Source of the DNA: Anthoceros angustus
Lineage: Eukaryota; Plantae; Anthocerotophyta
DNA length: 45,426 nt
Direction of reading: 5' to 3'
Assembly: GCA_010909165.1 (NCBI GenBank)
Contig: VJWM01000350.1
Span: 1 to 45,426 of the forward strand
Position numbers and translations under genes: made by a program. Of this stretch, positions 1-11,939 are shown in pieces (position 1 is the stretch's first letter; every line of letters begins with the position of its first letter). The notes under the pieces are model-generated. The model made no database searches. It saw only the letters and a program-made list of their open reading frames with translations, and was not told the origin of the DNA.

Positions 1-999
1 TAATAGCAATGAGTGAAAAGATTATCCCGGTATTCCTCCGACGAAACCGGCCCTCTCGATTCATTCTCGGCCCAAGAAGTAGTGAGAATTTCAAGCAAGA
101 GCTAAAGATCTTTGCAAAGATGGACTCGACCATGATATACTTGTAATTGGGCGGGAGCTGTGGATCACCTGTCTTGAAGATGGAATGGATGTCATTCCAG
201 CACCAAGCCTCGGGAAAGCCATGGACTAAAGCCTCATTGAACAAAGCTAAGGGAGGGCAATAGTAGTAGGAGCTGCATAGGAGAAAAGTTCTCCGGGATA
301 TCTGCAGGTCGAGGCTCTCCCATCCGAGTTTGTTGATGGCTGAGGATGAGGTCGAGTGAACATCTTGATCCGTGATCTTGAGACTAATCGGAGGAGGACA
401 GTTCCAGAAGAGGGTTTGCACATACTTGATAAGCTCGGAGGCCTCCAATAAGATTGTTCGATGAGAATGAAACTCCTTCCAAAAGCCGCACCACCGGGAT
501 TCCGAGAAGCCTCAAGAGGCGATCACGCTGGGAGGAGAAGAATGCAGACTTTTTGAGAGCAATAAGGGCTTTGTAAGGCTTGACAATTGCCTTATACAGT
601 GGGGAATGGTGGGACTTGGATGGGACATGGAGGGCACGGAGGCACTTGTGAGTGTGGAAGCGAAGGCGTTTGCATTCATCGTCAAACCAGGGGTGACGAG
701 GAGCAGTGTTGGAAAGTTTGACAGGATGAGAAGGTTTAGGGGGAAAGATTTCATGTGCGGAAGATAGCATGGCAGAAGTGAAAGCAGTGGCTTGTTGGGA
801 AAAGGGAAGGCCAGGAGGAATGATAGCCAGGGACTTTTTCAAGACAGAGGAGTATTGGGAAGCAAGACGATGGTTGAGGGAAAAGCGAACTCTAGAAGAC
901 TTGTGTGACTGGAGCATGACATCAGGTTTGTCATAAGAGATATGCCAAGAAGAAGACATGGTCGACTCAAGAGGCTTGAAGTCGAGACCGCAATTGGTG

Positions 1000-1712
1000 A
1001 GAGAAGAAAGGAAGCTTGTCCAATGACGTAATCAAAAGTTGACTGAGGAGCATAGTGGGTAATCCTCTCACTCCCGTGCCATTGAGGAAGTCCATTGAAT
1101 AAATAAGTTGTGACTCCACCGGTTGAGAAGAGCCACGCCAAAACATTAACTGGTGCGGATCATCGACCTTCTCGAGGCCAACCTCGGCAAGATCAAGTGG
1201 ATAACTTTGTGATGATCATCCGCATAGATAGGAGATTGCTCAGAGGAAGTCCAAGCATTAAAGTCCCCAACTAGCAAGATATCTCCCAGTGGCATAAAAT
1301 ACATGAGATCTTCTGAAAGGTCTTCAAATGTCATAGGAGGCTGGCCTTTCGCATGGGGAGAACCCTGAGGTGGAAAATAGCAACATGCTATGAATAAATG
1401 ACGGTTAGATGGAAGAATCATTGCCGAAACCCTGATCCACAAAACCCTCGCCAAAGAGTCCTCCCTTGCCACAGTGATGAATTGTGAGAGAGAAGATCGG
1501 TAAAAGCAAGCCACACCACCCGCAGCTTTGGGTGTCTTGGAAGAAACATAATTCCTAAATAAAGAGAAGGAAAGGAAATTGGAAAAAGTAGGGAGATTTC
1601 TGGCCTGGTGTTCATGAGTTTCCGTGAGAAAGATGAAGTCGTGGCCCGCTGTAAGGTGGAGCATACCACCTGGTTGTGCCCATAAAGATCCATTGCAATT
1701 CCAGGAGGCCAT
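1000..1712 (-). pseudogene. LINE ORF2 apurinic-like (EEP) endonuclease domain, frameshifted as given
   Basis: MASWNCNG...FIFLTETH...AGGVA...LWIRV...IACCYFPP...LLVGDFNA (ORF 1146-1712), continuing as LFNG...THY...DYVIG in ORF 839-1141. Confidence 0.9.
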
Positions 1713-1724
1713 CCTAAGGATGCC

Positions 1725-1905
1725 CCCAGAGTGGGCCTTGCGGGCCGCAGAACCTCATAACTCCGGAAACCCATCCTGCATTCGTGAGGCTTCCTTGATA
1801 ATAAGACGGTCACCATGAAAAAATGCTATCTTCCCGCGCCCGAGCCTCTCAAGGCGGGCATCCGGGCCCGGTCTTGACACGCATCTTAGTTAAATCATCG
1901 CGATA
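1725..1905 (-). pseudogene. C-terminal end of LINE ORF1 (L1-ORF1p/Tnp22-like)
   Basis: Manual translation across frameshifts gives ~FIADDLTK...ARMPAL.EARARGKIAFFHGDRLIIK, which resembles the [ED]DLT...AR..GK.A....LII C-terminus of Tnp22-type ORF1 proteins. Confidence 0.55.
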
Positions 1906-1913
1906 AAACCGGC

Positions 1914-1937
1914 CGTTGCCACTGGTATGACCGCACC
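1914..1937 (-). pseudogene. 5' fragment of a 5S rRNA gene (nt 1 to ~23-30) fused to the LINE 5' end
   Basis: Minus strand reads GGTGCGGTCATACCAG(T)GGCAACG-GCCGG and then LINE sequence. The normal upstream spacer and promoter follow at 1938 onward. Confidence 0.85.
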
Positions 1938-2142
1938 ACGCTCCTTCTCCTGTTGCACATGCCATATACCTCACATTGCTTCCACCCTCCACCGCAACCT
2001 CGCCGCGTCACGGTGCCCCTCTTTTCTCGCGGGCGGTCGCAGGGATGGTGGCCCTTTTTCATGCACGACAATTACTTCCAAGTATGATTTTGTTCGGAAT
2101 ATTAGGTTTTCGTTTGAGATCAGCGGTGCCCCTCGTGGCATG

Positions 2143-2346
2143 CCTCTTGATTTACCTTGTAATATGGGAGTCCGCCATGCTTTTGTTGCACTACCTCATG
2201 GCATGCCTCTTGGATTTACCTAGCAATATGGTAGTCTGCCATGGGAATCCATCTTCTCCAAACTTGTTTGGCCTATATATTGATGAGGTGGAATGAAGTT
2301 GGATTGCGGAGTGTGCAGATCGTGGCGGATGTATCATGGCACTTGG
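2143..2346 (+). mobile_element. Spacer-embedded LINE RT fragment (present in every unit; first copy given), with an internal ~50-bp duplication
   Basis: Translates to DLPCNMGVRH / HGNPSSPNLFGLYIDEVE*SWIAECADRGGCIMAL versus LINE copy 2 DLLCNLGVRQGDPSSPNLFGLFIDELESWIAESGDPGCLLSL. Confidence 0.9.
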
Positions 2347-2374
2347 GCGAGGCCGTAGAGTGCCAAAAAAAAGG

Positions 2375-2551
2375 GGTTTGGTTTGGTTTGGTTTGGTTTG
2401 GTTTGGTTTGGTTTGGTTTGGTTTGGTTTGGTTTGGTTTGGTTTGGTTTGGTTTGGTTTGGTTTGGTTTGGTTTGGTTTGGTTTGGTTTGGTTTGGTTTG
2501 GTTTGGTTTGGTTTGGTTTGGTTTGGTTTGGTTTGGTTTGGTTTGTTTGGT
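2375..2551. repeat. (GGTTT)n microsatellite, one per unit, usually ~110-250 bp
   Basis: Directly visible pentamer run; (AAACC)n in the inverted block. Confidence 0.98.
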
Positions 2552-2558
2552 GAGCTAT

Positions 2559-2613
2559 GCCTACCTATTTGACTACCCATTTGCCTACCTTTTTGTTGTT
2601 GACTACCTATTTG
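2559..2613. repeat. 12-bp minisatellite G(C/A)CTACCTATTT, ~4 copies per unit
   Basis: gcctacctattt-gactacccattt-gcctaccttttt...gactacctatttg. Confidence 0.85.
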
Positions 2614-2621
2614 TCCTATAC

Positions 2622-3154
2622 GGTCTCCTCTCTCCCTTACCCACTAAGTCAAGACCTACAAGCAGTTTTTCGCATCGTTTCCAAGTCCGGGAAACTGTGC
2701 TTCCTCTCTATCTTCGCACCCATGTGTCTTTCAAGCCTAATGAGGATGATTACGGGTCATCTTCGTGTTGGGTCTCAGTCGATTGAGGCGATAGATGGCT
2801 ACATCCAAAGCCGCCAAAAGGAGTCCAATTTGCGATTATGCAACAAGGGTGTTGAGGCGAAGAACACTTTGTGTTCCTCTGTCCCATTCATGATGTTTAT
2901 CAATCTATTTACAGCGGTCTTCACTTTGGGGTGGGTTTTCTCTTTTCGACCCTATTATTGCGGGAGGTTGCTTGAAACAAATGTGGGAAATAAGAACGCA
3001 ACATATTCAACTTTTCAACTGCCGGATATTTGATTGTGCTTCACACTAGTTTCAAGCGAGACTCAGAATAGCGGTTAATTGTCATAATGCCCTTAGTGTA
3101 ACTCTATCAAATGAGTGCCATGACGGAAATCCGTCCTTAGTGGACTTAAATAAA
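2622..3154 (+). mobile_element. Spacer-embedded LINE 3' fragment: ORF2 C-terminus (CCHC knuckle) plus 3'UTR (every unit)
   Basis: LRVGSHRLGIE...RWLHPKP...IC.LCNKGVE.EEHFVFLCPI read across frameshifts and unit copies; collinear with the reverse complement of 37503-38025 in LINE copy 2. Confidence 0.9.
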
Positions 3155-3311
3155 GTAAATTGTCGTTGTTCTATGCAGTTGTTAGCATGCATAAAAATTG
3201 GAGACCGAAAAGGGGGAAAGAAGAGTTTGCAAAGAACTCTCTCTAGAAGAAGAAGATGAAGAAGAAGAATTTTATTTAAGTCCACTAAGGACGGATTTTT
3301 GTCATGGCACT
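3114..3311. repeat. 41-bp inverted repeat (3114-3154 / 3271-3311), 116-bp loop, in every unit
   Basis: AGTGCCATGACGGAAATCCGTCCTTAGTGGACTTAAATAAA versus TTTATTTAAGTCCACTAAGGACGGATTTTTGTCATGGCACT, 39/41 complementary. Confidence 0.95.
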
Positions 3312-3358
3312 GATCCGACACATATATAGAGAGACTAGAATGAAATTTAACTGCTATT
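3246..3358 (-). mobile_element. Short LINE 3' end with (TTC)n tail just downstream of the 5S gene (every unit)
   Basis: Matches the terminus of LINE copy 2 (37488-37585): gaagaa...ttttatttaagtccactaaggacggattttgtcatggcac.gatccga...gacta.aatgaaatttaac.gctatt. Confidence 0.85.
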
Positions 3359-3377
3359 ATGAGGCTGGCGTAGCTTA

Positions 3378-3401
3378 AATAAAAGGAATTTTTATAGAAA
3401 A
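3378..3401 (-). terminator. Pol III oligo-T terminator after 5S (every unit)
   Basis: Minus strand after GCACCC reads TTTTCTATAAAAATTCCTTTTATTT. Confidence 0.85.
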
Positions 3402-3515
3402 GGGTGCAGCACCGGACTTCCGGAGGTCACCCATCCCAGTACTGATCCGGCCCAAGGGCGCTTAACTGCGGAGTTCTGATGGGATCCGGTGTCGTTGCCC
3501 TGGTATGACCGCACC
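3402..3515 (-). rRNA. 5S rRNA gene
   Basis: Plant-type 5S sequence; homopolymer indels. Confidence 0.95.
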
Positions 3516-3948
3516 ACGCTCCTTCTCCTGTTGCACATGCCATATACCTCACATTGCTTCCACCCTCCACACCGCGCGGCCCTCGCACGTCACGGTGCCC
3601 CTCTTTTCTCGCGCGCGGGCGGTCGCAGGGATGGTGGCCCTTTTCATGCACGACAATTACTTCCAAGTATGATTTTGTTCACGGAATATTAGGTTTTCGT
3701 TTGGAGATCGGTGCCCCTCGTGGCATGCCTCTTGATTTACCTTGTAATATGGGAGTCCGCCATGCTGCTTTTGACTACCTCATGGCATGCCTCTTGGATT
3801 TACCTAGCAATATGGTGATGCCATGGAATCCATCTTCTCAAACTTGTTTGGCCTATATATTGATGAGGTGGAATGAAGTTGGATTGCGGTGTGCGGATCG
3901 TGGCGGATGTATCATGGCACTTGGGCGAGGCCGTAGAGTGCCAAAAAG

Positions 3949-4649
3949 GGTTTGGTTTGGTTTATTGGTTTGGTTTGGTTTGGTTTGGTTTAGTTTGGTT
4001 TGGTTTATTTGGTTTGGTTGGTTTAGTTTGGTTGGTTTGGTTTAGTTTGGTTTGGTTGGTTTGGTTTGGTTTGGTTTGGTTTGGTTTGGTTTGGTTTGAT
4101 TTGGTTTGGTTTGGTTTGGTTTGGTTTGGTTTGGTTTGGTTGGTTTGGTTTGGTTTAGTTTGGTTTGGTTTGGTTTGGTTTGGTTTGGTTTGGTTTGGTT
4201 GGTTTGGTTTGGTTTGGTTGGTTTGGTTTGGTTTGGTTTAGTTTGGTTTGGTTTGGTTGGTTTGGTTTGGTTTATTTGGTTTGGTGGTTTGGTTTGGTTT
4301 ATGGTTTATTTGGTTTGGTTTTGGATTGGTTTGGTTTATTTGGGGTTTGGTTTGGTTTGGTTTGGTTTGGTTTGGTTTGGTTTGGTTTATTTGGGGTTTG
4401 GTTTTGGTTTGGTTTGGTTTGGTTTGGTTTGGTTGGTTTGGTTTGGTTTGGTTTGGTTTGGTTTGGTTTGGTTTGGTTTATTTGGTTTGGTTTGGTTTAT
4501 TTGGTTTTGGATTGGTTTGGTGGTTGGTTTGGTTTATTGGAGTTTGGTTTTGGGTTTGGTTTGGTTTGGTTTGGTTTGGTTTGGTTTGGTTTTGGGTTTG
4601 GTTTGGTTTGGTTTGGTTTGGTTTGGTTTTGGGTTTGGTTTGGTTTGGT
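3949..4649. repeat. Expanded (GGTTT)n tract, ~700 bp
   Basis: Makes this unit ~2.07 kb. Confidence 0.9.
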
Positions 4650-5474
4650 GAGCTATGCCTACCTATTTGACTACCTATTTGCCTACCTTTTTGTTGTTGA
4701 CTACCTATTTGTCCTATACGGTCTCCTCTCTCTCCCTTACCCACTAAGTCAAGACCTACAAGCAGTTTTTCGCATCGTTTCCAAGTCTGGGAAACGTGCT
4801 TCCTCTCTATCTTAGCACCCATGTGTCTTTCAAGCCTAATGAGGATGATTCGGGTCATCTTGTGTTGGGTCTCACCGTCTCGGGATTGAGGCGATAGATG
4901 GCTTCATCCAAAGCCGCAAAGGAGTCCGAATTTCAGTTATGCAACAAGGGTGTTGAGGCAAGAACACTTTGTGTTCCTCTGTCCCATTCATGATGTTTAT
5001 CAATCTATTTACGACTTGGTCTTCACTTTGGGGTGGGTTTTCTCTTTTCGACCCTATTATTGCGGAGGTTGCTTGAAACAAATGTGGGAAATAAGACGCA
5101 ACATATTCAACTTTTCAACTGCCGGATATTTGATTGTGCTTCACACTAGTTTCAAGCGAGACTCGAATAGCGGTTAATTGTCATAATGCCCTTAGTGTAA
5201 CTCTATCAAATGAGTGCCATGAAATCCGTCCTTAGTGGACTTAAATAAAGTAAATTGTCGTTGTTCTATGCATTGTTAGCATGCATAAAATTGGAGACCG
5301 AAAAGGGGAAAGAAGAGTTTGCAAAGAACTCTCTAGAAGAAGAAGAATTTTATTTAAGTCCACTAAGGACGGATTTTGTCATGGCACTGATCCGACATAT
5401 ATAGAGACTAGAATGAAATTTAACTGCTATTATGAGGCTGGCGTAGCTTAAATAAAAGGAATTTTTATAGAAAA

Positions 5475-5585
5475 GGGTGCAGCACCGGACTTCCGGAGGT
5501 CACCCATCCCAGTACTGATCCGGCCCAAGGGCGCTTAACTGAGTTCTGATGGGATCCGGTGTCGTTGCCCTGGTATGACCGCACC
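5475..5585 (-). rRNA. 5S rRNA gene
   Basis: Repeat copy. Confidence 0.93.
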
Positions 5586-7010
5586 ACGCTCCTTCTCCTG
5601 TTGCACATGCCATATACCTCACATTGCTTCCACCCTCCACACCGCGCGGCCTCGCACGTCACGGTGCCCCTCTTTTCTCGCGCGGGCGGTCGCAGGGATG
5701 GTGGCCCTTTTCATGCACGACAATTACTTCCAAGTATGATTTTGTTCACGGAATATTAGGTTTTCGTTTGGAGATCAGGTGCCCCTCGTGGCATGCCTCT
5801 TGATTTACCTTGTAATATGGGAGTCCGCCATGCTGCTTTTGACTGCACTACCTCATGGCATGCCTCTTGGATTTACCTAGCAATATGGTAGTGCCATGGA
5901 ATCCATCTTCTCAAACTTGTTTGGCCTATATATTGATGAGGTGGAATGAAGTTGGATTGCGGTGTGCGGATCGTGGCGGATGTATCATGGCACTTAGGCG
6001 AGGCCGTAGAGTGCCAAAAAAAGGGGTTTAGTTTGGTTTGGTTTGGTTTGGTTTGGTTTGGTTTGGTTTGGTTTGGTTTGGTTTGGTTTGGTTTGGTTTG
6101 GTTTGGTTTGGTTTGGTTTGGTTTGGTTTGGTTTGGTTTGGTTTGGTTTGGTTTGGTTTGGTTTGGTTTGGTGAGCTATGCCTACCTATTTGACTACCTA
6201 TTTGCCTACCTTTTTGTTGTTGACTACCTATTTGTCCTATACCGGTCTCCTCTCTCTCCCTTACCCACTGTCAAGACCTACAAGCAGTTTTTCGCATCGT
6301 TTCCAAGTCCGGGAAACTGCTTCCTCTCTATCTTAGCACCCATGTGTCTTTCAAGCCTAATGAGGATGATTACGGTCATCTTAGTGTTGGGTCTCACCGT
6401 CTCGGGATTGAGGCGATAGATGGCTACATCCAAAGCCGACAAAGGAGTCAATTTGCAGTTATGCAACAAGGGTGTTGAGGCAAGAACACTTTGTGTTCCT
6501 CATCCCATTCATGATGTTTATCAATCTATTTACGACTTGGTCTTCACTTTGGGGTGGGTTTTCTCTTTTCGACCCTATTATTGCGGAGGTTGCTTGAAAC
6601 AAATGTGGGAAATAAGAGCGCAACATATTCAACTTTTCAACTGCCGGATATTTGATTGTGCTTCACACTAGTTTCAAGCGAGACTCGAGAATAGCGGTTA
6701 ATTGTCATAATGCCCTTAGTGTAACTCTATCAAATGAGTGCCATGACGGAAATCCGTCCTTAGTGGACTTAAATAAAGTAAATTGTCGTTGTTCTATGCA
6801 TTGTTAGCATGCATAAAATTGGAGACCGAAAAGGGGAAAGAGTTTGCAAGAACTCTCTCTAGAAGAAGAAGAAGAAGAAGAATTTTATTTAAGTCCACTA
6901 AGGACGGATTTTTGTCATGGCACTGATCCGACACATATAGAGACTAGAATGAAATTTAACTGCTATTATGAGGCTGGCGTAGCTTAAATAAAAGGAATTT
7001 TTATAGAAAA

Positions 7011-7124
7011 GGGTGCAGCACCGGACTTCCGGAGGTCACCCATCCCAGTACTGATCCGGCCCAAGGGCGCTTAACTGCGGAGTTCTGATGGGATCCGGTG
7101 TCGTTGCCCTGGTATGACCGCACC
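7011..7124 (-). rRNA. 5S rRNA gene
   Basis: Repeat copy. Confidence 0.95.
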
Positions 7125-8650
7125 ACGCTCCTTCTCCTGTTGCACATGCCATACCTCACATTGCTTCCACCTCCACCGCGCGGCCCTCGCACGTCACGGT
7201 GCCCCTCTTTTCTCGCGCGGGCGGTCGCAGGATGGTGGCCCTTTTCATGCACGACAATTACTTCCAAGTATGATTTTGTTCATGGAATATTAGGTTTTCG
7301 TTTGGAGATCGGTGCCCCTCGTGGCATGCCTCTTGATTTACCTTGTAATATGGGAGTCCGCCATGCTGCTTTTGACTGCACTACCTCATGGCATGCCTCT
7401 TGGATTTACCTAGCAATATGGTGATACGCCATGGAATCCATCTTCTCAAACTTGTTTGGCCTATATATTGATGAGGTGGAATGAAGTTGGATTGGAGTGT
7501 GCGATCGTGGCGGATGTATCATGGCACTTAGGCGAGGCCGTGAGTGCCAAAAAAAGGGTTTAGTTTGGTTTGGTTTGGTTTGGTTTGGTTTGGTTTGGTT
7601 TGGTTTGGTTTGGTTTGGTTTGGTTTGGTTTGGTTTGGTTTGGTTTATTTGGTTTGGTTTGGTTTGGTTTATTTGGTTTGGTTTAGTTTGGTTGGTTTGG
7701 TTTGGTTTGGTTTGGTTTGGTTTGGTTTGGTTTGGTTTGGTTTGGTTTGGTTTGGTTGGTTTGGTTTGGTTTGGTTTGGTTGGTTTGGTTTGGTTTGGTG
7801 AGCTATGCCTACCTATTTGACTACCTATTTGCCTACCTTTTTGTTGTTGACTACCTATTTGTCCTATACCGGTCTCCTCTCTCTCCCTTACCCACTAAGT
7901 CAAGACCTACAAGCAGTTTTTCGCATCGTTTCCAAGTCCGGGAAACCTGTGCTTCCTCTCTATCTTCGCACCCATGTGTCTTTCAAGCCTAATGAGGATG
8001 ATTACGGGTCATCTTAGTGTTGGGTCTCACCGTCTCGGGATTGAGGCGATAGATGGCTACATCCAAAGCCGACAAAGGAGTCCAATTTGCAGTTATGCAA
8101 CAAGGGTGTTGAGGCGAAGAACACTTTGTGTTCCTCTGTCCCATTCATGATGTTTATCAATCTATTTACGACTTGGTCTTCACTTTGGGGTGGGTTTTCT
8201 CTTTTCGACCCTATTATTGGAGGTTGCTTGAAACAAATGTGGGAAATAAGAGCAACATATTCAACTTTTCAACTGCCGGATATTTGATTGTGCTTCACAG
8301 ACTAGTTTCAAGGCGAGACTCGAATAGCGGTTAATTGTCATAATGCCCTTAGTGTAACTCTATCAAATGAGTGCCATGACGGAAATCCGTCCTTAGTGGA
8401 CTTAAATAAAGTAAATTGTCGTTGTTCTATGCTTGTTAGCATGCATAAAATTGGAGACCGAAAAGGGGAAAGAAGAGTTTGCAAAGAACTCTCTCTAGAA
8501 GAAGAAGAAGAAGAAGAATTTTATTTAAGTCCACTAAGGACGGATTTTTGTCATGGCACTGATCCGACACATATATAGAGAGACTAGAATGAAATTTAAC
8601 TGCTATTATGAGGCTGGCGTAGCTTAAATAAAAGGAATTTTTATAGAAAA

Positions 8651-8762
8651 GGGTGCAGCAGGACTTCCGGAGGTCACCCATCCCAGTACTGATCCGGCCC
8701 AAGGGCGCTTAACTGCGGAGTTCTGATGGGATCCGGTGTCGTTGCCCTGGTATGACCGCACC
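8651..8762 (-). rRNA. 5S rRNA gene
   Basis: Repeat copy. Confidence 0.93.
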
Positions 8763-10223
8763 ACGCTCCTTCTCCTGTTGCACATGCCATATACCTCACA
8801 CATTGCTTCCACCCTCCACCGCGCGGCCCTCGCACGTCACGGTGCCCCTCTTTTCTCGCGCGGGCGGTCGCAGGATGGTGGCCCTTTTCATGCACGACAA
8901 TTACTTCCAAGTATGATTTTGTTCATGGAATATTAGGTTTTCGTTTGGAGATCGGTGCCCCTCGTGGCATGCCTCTTGATTACCTTGTAATATGGGAGTC
9001 CGCCATGCTGCTTTTGACTGCACTACCTCATGGCATGCCTCTTGGATTTACCTAGCAATATGGTAGTGCCATGGAATCCATCTTCTCCAAACTTGTTTGG
9101 CCTATATATTGATGAGGTGGAATGAAGTTGGATTGGAGTGTGCGGATCGTGGCGGATGTATCATGGCACTTGGCGAGGCCGTAGAGTGCCAAAAAGGGTT
9201 TAGTTTGGTTTAGTTTGGTTTGGTTTGGTTTAGTTTGGTTTGGTTTGGTTTGGTTTGGTTTGGTTTGGTTTGGTTTGTTTGGTTTGGTTTAGTTTGGTTT
9301 GGTTTGGTTTGGTTTGGTTTAGTTTGGTTTATTTGGTTTGGTTTGGTTTGGTTTGGTTTGGTTTGGTTTGGTTTGGTTTGGTTTGGTGAGCTATGCCTAC
9401 CTATTTGACTACCTATTTGCCTACCTTTTTGTTGTTGACTACCTATTTGTCCTATACGGTCTCCTCTCTCCCTTACCCACTGTCAAGACCTACAAGCAGT
9501 TTTTCGCATCGTTTCCAAGTCCGGGAAACTGTGCTTCCTCTATCTTCGCACCCATGTGTCTTTCAAGCCTAATGAGGATGATTACGGTCATCTTCGTGTT
9601 GGGTCTCAAATCTCGGGATTGAGGCGATAGATGGCTACATCCAAAGCCGAAAAGGAGTCAATTTGCAGTTATGCAACAAGGGTGTTGAGGCGAAGAACAC
9701 TTTGTGTTCCTCTGTCCCATTCATGATGTTTATCAATCTATTTACGACTTGGTCTTCACTTTGGGGTGGGTTTTCTCTTTTCGACCCTATTATTGCGGAG
9801 GTTGCTTGAAACAAATGTGGGAAATAAGAGCAACATATTCAACTTTTCAACTGCCGGATATTTGATTGTGCTTCACAGACTAGTTTCAAGCGAGACTCGA
9901 ATAGCGGTTAATTGTCATAATGCCCTTAGTGTAACTCTATCAAATGAGTGCCATGACGGAAATCCGTCCTTAGTGGACTTAAATAAAGTAAATTGTCGTT
10001 GTTCTATGCGGTTGTTAGCATGCATAAAATTGGAGACCGAAAAGGGGAAAGAAGAGTTTGCAAAGAACTCTCTCTAGAAGAAGAAGAAGAAGAATTTTAT
10101 TTAAGTCCACTAAGGACGGATTTTGTCATGGCACTGATCCGACACATATATAGAGACTAGAATGAAATTTAACTGCTATTATGAGGCTGGCGTAGCTTAA
10201 ATAAAAGGAATTTTTATAGAAAA

Positions 10224-10340
10224 GGGTGCAGCACCGGGACTTCCCGGGAGGTCACCCATCCCAGTACTGATCCGGCCCAAGGGCGCTTAACTGCGGAGTT
10301 CTGATGGGATCCGGTGTCGTTGCCCTGGTATGACCGCACC
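10224..10340 (-). rRNA. 5S rRNA gene (clean 117-nt copy)
   Basis: GGTGCGGTCATACCAGGGCAACGACACCGGATCCCATCAGAACTCCGCAGTTAAGCGCCCTTGGGCCGGATCAGTACTGGGATGGGTGACCTCCCGGGAAGTCCCGGTGCTGCACCC; A-box-like AGTTAAGCG and C-box GGATGGGTGACC present. Confidence 0.98.
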
Positions 10341-11827
10341 ACGCTCCTTCTCCTGTTGCACATGCCATATACCTCACACATTGCTTCCACCCTCCACACC
10401 GCGCGCGGCCCCTCGCACGTCACGGTGCCCCTCTTTTCTCGCGCGGGCGGTCGCAGGGGATGGTGGCCCTTTTTCATGCACGACAATTACTTCCAAGTAT
10501 GATTTTGTTCACTGGAATATTAGGTTTTTCGTTTGGAGATCAGCGGTGCCCCTCGTGGCATGCCTCTTCGATTTACCTTGTAATATGGGAGTCCGCCATG
10601 CTGCTTTTGACTGCACTACCTCATGGCATGCCTCTTGGATTTACCTAGCAATATGGTAGTCTGCCATGGGAATCCATCTTCTCCAAACTTGTTTGGCCTA
10701 TATATTGATGAGGTGGAATGAAGTTGGATTGCGGTGTGCGGATCGTGGCGGATGTATCATGGCACTTGGGCGAGGCCGTAGAGTGCCAAAAAGGGTTTAG
10801 TTTGGTTTGGTTTGGTTTGTTTGGTTTGGTTTGGTTTGGTTTGGTTTGGTTTAGTTTGGTTTATTTGGTTTGGTTTGGTTTGGTTTGGTTTGGTTTGGTT
10901 GGTTTGGTTTGGTTTGGTTTGGTTGGTTTATTTGGTTTGGTTTGGTTTGGTTTGGTTTGGTTTGGTTTGGTTTGGTTTGGTTTGGTTTGGTTTGGTGAGC
11001 TATGCCTACCTATTTGACTACCTATTTGCCTACCTTTTTGTTGTTGACTACCTATTTGTCCTATACAGTCTCCTCTCTCCCTTACCCACTAAGTCAAGAC
11101 CTACAAGCAGTTTTTCGCATCGTTTCCAAGTCCGGGAAACTGTGCTTCCTCTATCTTAGCACCCATGTGTCTTTCAAGCCTAATGAGGATGATTACGGGT
11201 CATCTTCGTGTTGGGTCTCACCGTCTCGGGATTGAGGCGATAGATGGCTACATCCAAAGCCGCAAAGGAGTCAATTTGCAGTTATGCAACAAGGGTGTTG
11301 AGGGAAGAACACTTTGTGTTCCTCTCCCATTCATGATGTTTATCAATCTATTTACGACTTGGTCTTCACTTTGGGGTGGGTTTTCTCTTTTCGACCCTAT
11401 TATTGCGGAGGTTGCTTGAAACAAATGTGGGAAATAAGAGCAACATATTCAACTTTTCAACTGCGGATATTTGATTGTGCTTCACACTAGTTTCAAGCGA
11501 GACTCGAATAGCGGTTAATTGTCATAATGCCCTTAGTGTAACTCTATCAAATGAGTGCCATGGAAATCCGTCCTTAGTGGACTTAAATAAAGTAAATTGT
11601 CGTTGTTCTATGCGGTTGTTAGCATGCATAAAATTGGAGACCGAAAAGGGGAAAGAAGAGTTTGCAAAGAACTCTCTAGAAGAAGAAGAAGAAGAATTTT
11701 ATTTAAGTCCACTAAGGACGGATTTTGTCATGGCACTGATCCGACACATATATAGAGAGACTAGAATGAAATTTAACTGCTATTATGAGGCTGGCGTAGC
11801 TTAAATAAAAGGAATTTTTATAGAAAA

Positions 11828-11939
11828 GGTGCAGCACCGGACTTCCGGAGGTCACCCATCCAGTACTGATCCGGCCCAAGGGCGCTTAACTGCGGAGTTC
11901 TGATGGGATCCGGTGTCGTTGCCCTGGTATGACCGCACC
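11828..11939 (-). rRNA. 5S rRNA gene
   Basis: Repeat copy. Confidence 0.93.

Larger units (their letters stand above)
1..1907 (-). mobile_element. Non-LTR retrotransposon (LINE) copy 1, 5'-truncated within ORF1, runs off the window start; APE-type, RTE/RTEX-like
   Basis: Frameshifted minus-strand ORF pieces give the APE endonuclease (ASWNCNG, FLTETH, YFPP, GDFNA), a linker (PWFDDECKRLR) and the start of the RT region. Bases 1-1222 align by eye with 39183-40681 of copy 2. Confidence 0.93.

Noticed and set aside
2375-2551. Telomeric or interstitial telomeric repeat
   Set aside because: The unit is GGTTT, not TTTAGGG, and it occupies a fixed place in each spacer.
3114-3311. MITE with 41-bp terminal inverted repeats
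   Set aside because: No convincing target duplication, and both arms match the LINE 3' terminus with homology extending outward beyond the arms.
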